From positions 64,001 to 128,000 of the forward strand of contig JASFQK010000002.1 in NCBI GenBank assembly GCA_050115495.1: a stretch of 64,000 nucleotides of DNA, given 5' to 3'. Shown here in pieces: positions 58,288-64,000 of this stretch; the stretch's first letter is position 1, and the number at the start of each line of letters is the position of its first letter. The notes beneath the pieces were generated by a model. It was not told the origin of the DNA. It worked only from the letters and a program-made list of their open reading frames with translations, and did not search any database. Origin of the DNA: Phycisphaerae bacterium (GTDB lineage Bacteria > Planctomycetota > Phycisphaerae > UBA1845 > Fen-1342). A program made the translations under genes and the position numbers.

Positions 58288-61200
58288 ATGTGGGAAAAGA
58301 ACCTGAATCAGAAGTTGCTGTTGATCGGCGTCGTGATCCTGTTCGGCGCCCTGCTCATCTACCCGCCCAGCGAGAAGCTGCGGCCCGGCCTGGACATCGC
58401 CGGCGGCGTGGCGTTGATCTTCGAAATCGACGACACCGGCTTGGAGGGCGACCCGACGCTGGCCGAGCAAATGAAGCAGTTGCTCCAGAAGCGCGTCGAC
58501 CCGAAAGGCGTGTTTGACATTGCCTGGCGCGTGCACGGGCGCAACCGCCTCGAAGTGCAGATCCCGCTGCCGCCGCCCGGCGTGACCGAGAAGCGGGAAG
58601 CCTATGCGGACAGCCTTGACAAGCTCTTCTCCGGGAACGTCACGCGCGGCGAAATGGAGACGGCTTTCGCCATGACCGGCGACGCACGCGCCGCCGAGAT
58701 CGCCCGCCTGGCCCACGGCCAGCCGCATCGCGAGCAACTGCTGACGAAGGCCGCGGAGGCTTTCGACGAGTATCAGACGGCCCTGGCCGCATATCGGCGT
58801 GGGCCGGAAGCGCCTGCCGAGAGCCAGCCGACCGAGCCCGCGGCCTCGCAGCCGACCGAGTCCGCCCCGGCCTCGCAGCCGACGAGTGCCCCGGCCAAGA
58901 CGCGCATTGATCTCGAGGACGACCTGAACGCGGCCGAGGACGACATGGACGAGGCCTACGCCGCGTTCCTGGCGACCAACCTCAACCGCGCTCGCTTCCT
59001 CGAGGTCCTGAGCATGGATCAGGGCTCGGAGATCCGTAAGAACCACCTCGCCGAGTTCTCCAAAGAGCACCCCGAGCTGCAGAAGGAGATCGAAGCGGTC
59101 GTCGTGGCACACGCCGCCTGGCGCAAGAACAGCGGTTACCTTGACGGCGCGGCCGATCTGCAGCGTTTGCTGCGTGGTGCCGGCGTGCTCGAATTCCGCA
59201 TCCTGCCCACGCACGAGCGGGAGAACCCGACCAAGTACGACGTGCAGCGCCGTCAGCTCCGGGAGCACGGCCCCCTGCCACGGGAGGGAACACTCGGTTG
59301 GTTCAAGGTGGACAACCCGCTGTCCTTCTTCGACCTGAAGACGCCGGCCGACCTGGCCGAATTCAGTCAGGCCTCCACCCGCTACGTCGTCGAGAAGCAC
59401 GGCGAGGATTACTACGTTCTGGCCAAGCTTTCCCCGGAGGACGGCCTGCTGGCCGAGAAGAAGAACTGGCAGTTGCGCTCGGTGTCGATCTCCCGTGACC
59501 AGCACGGCAGACCGTGCGTCAACTTCGCCCTGGACGTGGTTGGCGGCGGGCTGTTCGAGGAGCTCACCCGCAAGAACATCGGCAACCCGCTGTGCATTCT
59601 CGTCGACGACGTGGCCTATTCCGCCCCCAACATCCAGAGCAAGATTCGTTCGAACGGCCAGATCACCGGCGACTTCAGCCGCGAGAAGGTGACCTATCTC
59701 GCCCAGACCATGCGGGCTGGCTCGCTGCCCGCCCGTCTGCGCGAGACGCCCATCTCCGAGCGTACCATCGGCTCCAGCCTCGGTGCCACCAACCGCGACC
59801 TGGCCTTCCGCGCCGGCCTGATCGGCGTGATCGTCGTCGCCAGCTTCATGGCCATGTACTACCTCGTCTGCGGCCTGGTGGCCGACGCGGCCCTGGTGCT
59901 GAACATCGTGCTGGTCCTGGCCATCATGTCCCTCCTGCAGGCCCGCTTCACGCTGGCCGGCATCGCCGGTGTGATCCTGACCATCGGTATGAGCGTCGAC
60001 GCCAACGTGCTCATCTTCGAGCGCATGCGTGAGGAGAAGGAGCGCGGCTCATCGCTGCGACTGATGTTGAAGAACGGCTACGAGAAAGCCTTCTCGACCA
60101 TCGTCGACGCCAACATCACCACCCTGCTCACCTGCGTGATTCTCTATTACGTCGGCAGCGAAGAGATCAAGGGCTTCGGCCTGACGCTGGGCTGGGGCAT
60201 TGTGATCAGCTTGTTCACCGCCCTCTTCGTCACCCGCACGCTGTTCATGTTGCTGATCAAGTATGGGCTGCTCAAGGACATCAAGATGCTCCGCTTCATC
60301 GGCGTGCCCAAGGTTGACTGGTACGCCAAGCGGAAGTTCTTCATCCCCCTGTCGATCAGCCTCGTTGCCTTCGGCCTGTTCCTGCTCTGGGAACGCGGCT
60401 CGGATCAGTTCCTGGACGTCGAGTTCCTCGGCGGTGTCAGCGCCGAAATCGAGGTCAAGCCGCCCCAGCAGGGCGAGGAAGCGCTCGACGACGTCGAGAT
60501 CGGCGAGCTCATGGTGGAGGCCGGTGGGAAGATCGCTGCCGACGCCGACAAGCTGAACCAGGCCGAGGTGAGCTCGGTCGTCGGCGATCCAGCCGCCTTC
60601 CGAGTGCACGTTCCGGGGCTGACCGCCGCCCGCCTCGAGGCCATCCTCACCGAGCCCCTCGAGGATCAGAACGCACTTCAGCGTGGCGGCATGCGGCCCC
60701 TGCCGGACGAGCAGGCCGTCATCGTGCATATGGCGGGCAACCAGGACAGCGACTGGCTCCGCGAGTTCGTGAAGGGCGAAGTGGCTGACGTGCGGAAGGC
60801 CGGCGAGGAAATCGCCAAGGCGACGGTCGGCTCGGTCATGGAGGCCGGGTTCGAGGAGAAGGCCGGGCGCTACTGGAGCGTCACTACCACCGAGAAGAAC
60901 CGCCGGTTGGTGCAGGAAGCCCTGGAGATGGCCCTGGGCAACCGCCTCGAGCGCCAGCAGCGCATCACCTACCGTTTCCGCGGCGATTCCCAGGAGCGGC
61001 CGCTGCCCATCCTCGGCCAGCGGCTCGACAACGTCTTCCCCAACGCTCAGTTCCCCGCCGGCGTGGCCGCGGAGCCGCTCATCGAGTACCGAGACGGTGC
61101 GGCCATGTTCTTCGACGACCTCGACCCGCCGCAGAGCGTCAATCCGGAGGTGTCCGGCTCGCTGCCCGACCGCCTGCGGAACATGCGCTTGCAGCCGGGT

Positions 61201-62007
61201 TACCAGGAGTACCCCTTCCGCAAGTTCAAGGTCATCGGCGTGCGGCCGACCGAGGAACGTGACGACAAGGGTGGCCCCCTGTATGCGAGCGTCGTCGTCG
61301 TCGTTGTGGACGAGAACTTCCGCTACAACGACGATACGGCCGCCTGGTACCAGCAATTCGCCGAGCCGGAGCTCGACCTGGCCAAGACCGCCCTGGACAC
61401 CGAGCAGTCCTTCCGGCGCGTTTCGCAGTTCAAGCCGCAGATTGCCCGCCGGGCGACGACCCAGGCCGGCATGGCCCTGCTGCTCTCCTGGGCGATGATC
61501 ATCGGCTACCTGTGGATCCGGTTCGGGCGGCCTATGTTCGGTATCGCCGGCGTGGTGGCCCTGATCCACGACGTCTGCATCGCCCTGGCCTTCGTGGGCA
61601 TCGCCGGCTGGCTTGGCGGCACGAAGCACCCGATCGGGGCAGCCCTGCTGATCGACGACTTCAAGATCAACATGACCATCGTGGCGGCGTTCCTGACGAT
61701 CATCGGTTACTCGATTAACGACACGATCGTCGTGTTTGACCGCATCCGCGAAACGCGCGGGCGGCTCGGACAGGTCACGCCGCAGATCATCAACGACAGT
61801 ATCAACCAGTGCATGTCGCGTACGTTGCTGACGTCGGCGACGACGCTGGCCATTCTGGTGGTCATGTACATCTTCGGCGGCGGCAGCATCCGCGGCTTCA
61901 ACTACTGCATGATCATCGGCGTGCTCACCGGCACGTACTCGTCGGTCGCCATCGCGGCCCCGCTGCTGATGGTCCAGATGCACCGTAAGAAGTTGTCGCC
62001 GATGTGA
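58288..62007 (+). CDS. secDF: Fused protein translocase subunit SecDF
   Basis: GLDIAGG, GMSVDANVLIFER, DANITT, EF.GG, GYSINDTIVVFDRIRE and GTYSSVAIA. Confidence 0.96.
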   Translation: MWEKNLNQKLLLIGVVILFGALLIYPPSEKLRPGLDIAGGVALIFEIDDTGLEGDPTLAEQMKQLLQKRVDPKGVFDIAWRVHGRNRLEVQIPLPPPGVTEKREAYADSLDKLFSGNVTRGEMETAFAMTGDARAAEIARLAHGQPHREQLLTKAAEAFDEYQTALAAYRRGPEAPAESQPTEPAASQPTESAPASQPTSAPAKTRIDLEDDLNAAEDDMDEAYAAFLATNLNRARFLEVLSMDQGSEIRKNHLAEFSKEHPELQKEIEAVVVAHAAWRKNSGYLDGAADLQRLLRGAGVLEFRILPTHERENPTKYDVQRRQLREHGPLPREGTLGWFKVDNPLSFFDLKTPADLAEFSQASTRYVVEKHGEDYYVLAKLSPEDGLLAEKKNWQLRSVSISRDQHGRPCVNFALDVVGGGLFEELTRKNIGNPLCILVDDVAYSAPNIQSKIRSNGQITGDFSREKVTYLAQTMRAGSLPARLRETPISERTIGSSLGATNRDLAFRAGLIGVIVVASFMAMYYLVCGLVADAALVLNIVLVLAIMSLLQARFTLAGIAGVILTIGMSVDANVLIFERMREEKERGSSLRLMLKNGYEKAFSTIVDANITTLLTCVILYYVGSEEIKGFGLTLGWGIVISLFTALFVTRTLFMLLIKYGLLKDIKMLRFIGVPKVDWYAKRKFFIPLSISLVAFGLFLLWERGSDQFLDVEFLGGVSAEIEVKPPQQGEEALDDVEIGELMVEAGGKIAADADKLNQAEVSSVVGDPAAFRVHVPGLTAARLEAILTEPLEDQNALQRGGMRPLPDEQAVIVHMAGNQDSDWLREFVKGEVADVRKAGEEIAKATVGSVMEAGFEEKAGRYWSVTTTEKNRRLVQEALEMALGNRLERQQRITYRFRGDSQERPLPILGQRLDNVFPNAQFPAGVAAEPLIEYRDGAAMFFDDLDPPQSVNPEVSGSLPDRLRNMRLQPGYQEYPFRKFKVIGVRPTEERDDKGGPLYASVVVVVVDENFRYNDDTAAWYQQFAEPELDLAKTALDTEQSFRRVSQFKPQIARRATTQAGMALLLSWAMIIGYLWIRFGRPMFGIAGVVALIHDVCIALAFVGIAGWLGGTKHPIGAALLIDDFKINMTIVAAFLTIIGYSINDTIVVFDRIRETRGRLGQVTPQIINDSINQCMSRTLLTSATTLAILVVMYIFGGGSIRGFNYCMIIGVLTGTYSSVAIAAPLLMVQMHRKKLSPM
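58819..58896 (+). repeat. Three tandem SQPT-encoding repeats within secDF
   Basis: ESQPTEPAASQPTESAPASQPTSAPA; cagccgac repeated three times. Confidence 0.7.
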
Positions 62008-62111
62008 TTCCCGGCTGACGTCTCGTCGGCCGCGTTAGAGTGGCTATAATGTTGTCCGGCCCGCGACAGGTGTCGCGGGCCGGACAGCGGCGGCTCTAGC
62101 GGGGCACGACA

Positions 62112-63362
62112 ATGCGCACGGAAGTCAAAGTCGGGCTGGTGTTGGCCCTGGTCATCATCGGGGGCGTCGTTTTCTTCCTGGTGCGGAACAGCGGCACCGG
62201 CGACACCGAGGCCGAGACCATCCCCTTCAACGTGAGAGGTGCACAGGCGACAACGCCGCCTGAGACTGATCGCACGGCCGCCGCCGATCCCCCGCGAACT
62301 GCGCAGCGACCGGCCAACACGCCCCGACAGTCGACCACGCCACCGGCGCGTACGACGCGCCAGCCGGCGCAGGAGACCACGCATCGACCGACGGTCACGC
62401 ATCTCACGCCTGAGCCCGCCGTGACGCCGCGCCACACGCCGGAGCTGCCACCGCTCGCTGGCCAGCGCTCGGAAACGCCTCCCGCGGAGCCCGTGCGCCC
62501 CGGGCCGACCAGCGCGCCGATCGCCGGCGCCGAGCGCCCCGAACCGGGCGCGTCCTCACAGCCGGTTGTGCCGGGTCTACCGACGCCCAGCACAACGGTG
62601 GTCGTGCCCCCGCGTCCGCCGGTGAACACGACGCCGACCGAGCCCGTCACCCCTGTGCGCGAGGCGCCCAAGCCACGGGCGACGCCGACGAAGTACACCG
62701 TCAAGGACGGCGACACGCTGTCCAGCATCGCCCGCGAGCTCTACAGCAACCCGAATCTGTACCCGCGGATCCAGGCCGTCAATCCGGGCATCGATCCCAA
62801 CGCCCTGAAGGTCGGCCAGGTGCTGAACCTGCCTGCGCCCGAGGGTGCTACGCCAGCGCCCGCGACGTCCACCCCGGCGGCGAGTCGCCCGACCCCCGCG
62901 CCGGAGACGTACGTCGTCCAGGACGGCGATACGCTCACCAGCATCGCCCGCGAGAAGCTCGGCGATGGTTCGCGCTGGCGGGAGATCTTCGAGCTCAACC
63001 GCGACAAACTCACCGATCCGGACAAGGTACGTGAGGGTATGCGGCTGAAGCTCCCCGCTCGTCAAGACCGTGAAGTAGCGTCGGCCCCCCGCGGCCGACG
63101 TCGAATGGTAGCGTCCGGGCTCCGTACCGGACGTCTTCGTGGCGCCGGCCCCCTGTGGCCGTCGTCGAATGCCGAACGACGCGCTCCCCCTCAGCCCCCC
63201 AACTGCGTCAGGACTTCCGTCCAGTTCGTGAACCGGATGGCTCGGTCGTCGATCCACACGTCGGCCACCGGCTTGCCCATGTGCAGCCCGTCGTACGCGA
63301 ACCCGTGGTCGTCCAGCCACTTGCGCGTCACGCGATACTCGGGCCAGTTCCGCGCCGTATAG
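62112..63362 (+). CDS. Membrane-anchored protein with a Pro/Thr linker and two LysM domains (3' end runs through a REP cluster)
   Basis: N-terminal TM; YTVKDGDTLSSIA..LKVGQVLNLP and YVVQDGDTLTSIA..VREGMRLKLP; domains end at about 63056. Confidence 0.85.
   Translation: MRTEVKVGLVLALVIIGGVVFFLVRNSGTGDTEAETIPFNVRGAQATTPPETDRTAAADPPRTAQRPANTPRQSTTPPARTTRQPAQETTHRPTVTHLTPEPAVTPRHTPELPPLAGQRSETPPAEPVRPGPTSAPIAGAERPEPGASSQPVVPGLPTPSTTVVVPPRPPVNTTPTEPVTPVREAPKPRATPTKYTVKDGDTLSSIARELYSNPNLYPRIQAVNPGIDPNALKVGQVLNLPAPEGATPAPATSTPAASRPTPAPETYVVQDGDTLTSIAREKLGDGSRWREIFELNRDKLTDPDKVREGMRLKLPARQDREVASAPRGRRRMVASGLRTGRLRGAGPLWPSSNAERRAPPQPPNCVRTSVQFVNRMARSSIHTSATGLPMCSPSYANPWSSSHLRVTRYSGQFRAV
63075..63181 (+). 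repeat. Cluster of three tandem GTAG-type REPs (family B and variants)
   Basis: GTAGCGTCGGCCCCCCGCGGCCGACGTCG (63075), GTAGCGTCCGG-gctccgta-CCGGACGTC (63108) and GTGGCGCCGGCCCCCTGTGGCCGTCGTCGAATGCCGAACGACG (63139; its tail matches 12543-12555). Confidence 0.8.
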
Positions 63363-63508
63363 ACCACAACCGTATGGCCGGCGTCGCGCAGTTTCTGCAG
63401 CGCCTCGCGGGCCCCCGCGATCGGCTCCGCCAGCGGCCGCTCGAACGTGCGCTCCTCCGTGCAGATCACCCCGTCCAGATCGACCATGATCGTTTTCGGC
63501 CGGTTCAT
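63191..63508 (-). CDS. Small HAD-superfamily phosphatase
   Basis: IMVDLDGVIC (DxD), VYTAR, GKP and WIDDRA; AGGAG SD. Confidence 0.85.
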   Translation of the reverse strand: MNRPKTIMVDLDGVICTEERTFERPLAEPIAGAREALQKLRDAGHTVVVYTARNWPEYRVTRKWLDDHGFAYDGLHMGKPVADVWIDDRAIRFTNWTEVLTQLGG

Positions 63509-63777
63509 GTCGCGTTCTCCTGGCGCTCGATCGGCGGACCCGCGCCGGTCCGCGGCGCTCAGTGTTGCCGCTGTCGGCAGAATTTGCCACCGCTCGCCGC
63601 GGCCCACCGGATCACCCCGGCGAAGCAGCGGTCGCAAGTTTTTATGGGGCAAGAGGTTATCAGAGCATCGCCAGATGCGGTTCCCCACTAAGGTTACCGT
63701 GACCGTTGGCCGAAAATGTCGTGAGGTGGCACACGCCAGACGACACGCCGTCGTCGGTGCGCCCGGAGCATTGGCCT

Positions 63778-64000
63778 GTGAAGCACGCAGACGCAACGCG
63801 GTGCCGACTACCTTCGGGTTCTCGGACGGAGCCAGGGCTCAAGCTCGACTGCCTCCATTACCGGGGGCATCGACCTTGTGCTGTGGGCGTGCAGGGCGTC
63901 TGTCCGGCCGAATGCCCCAAGTACGAGTCCATGTACCACCGCATCCTCGTTATCAAGCTCGGTGCGCTCGGTGACGTGATCCGGACGGCGGCCCTGCTGC
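63778..64000 (+). CDS. GT9 heptosyltransferase-like protein with a Cys-rich N-terminus (3'-truncated; start uncertain)
   Basis: Manual translation: DCLHYRGHRPCAVGVQGVCPAECPKYESMYHRILVIKLGALGDVIRTAALL. Confidence 0.8.
   Translation, partial: MKHADATRCRLPSGSRTEPGLKLDCLHYRGHRPCAVGVQGVCPAECPKYESMYHRILVIKLGALGDVIRTAALL

Noticed and set aside
63075..63181. Three repeats of about 30 nt as a mini CRISPR array
   Set aside because: The units are nearly contiguous with no unique spacers, there are no cas genes, and the same unit is dispersed elsewhere as a REP.
63177..63200. RRAPPQPP (RAPP motif) in the LysM read-through tail
   Set aside because: It lies in a probably spurious extension about 55 codons from the stop, with no co-directional gene directly downstream; likely chance in GC-rich sequence.

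Overview
GC-rich bacterial chromosomal window. The gene content suggests Planctomycetota, probably Phycisphaerae (inference from the giant FliD, long LptD, fused SecDF, GT3-like synthase and secretin-N-only protein). It is mostly housekeeping and envelope genes: lemA-htpX, a class V aminotransferase, purF, lptD, fliD-fliS, clpX, cstA, glycosyltransferases, tdh-kbl, gpmI, a ROK protein, rpsT, tyrS, asnS, a flgM-like gene, secDF and a LysM protein. I saw no tRNA, rRNA, CRISPR array, integrase or transposase. The most interesting signals are: (1) an apparently leaderless, membrane-targeted ORF directly upstream of secDF ending in RTGPP-QA-stop, a candidate SecM/RAPP-type ribosome-arrest monitoring peptide; (2) a tandem array of four diverged paralogous membrane proteins of unknown function between lptD and fliD; (3) a structured 5' leader before tdh-kbl, whose Tdh lacks the structural-zinc cysteines; (4) two GTAG-type REP families, including a cluster that the LysM ORF reads through; (5) a coiled-coil insertion in AsnRS; and (6) a basic coiled-coil/winged-helix protein that may be nucleoid-associated. 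All calls come from reading the sequence and recognising motifs. No database searches were run.
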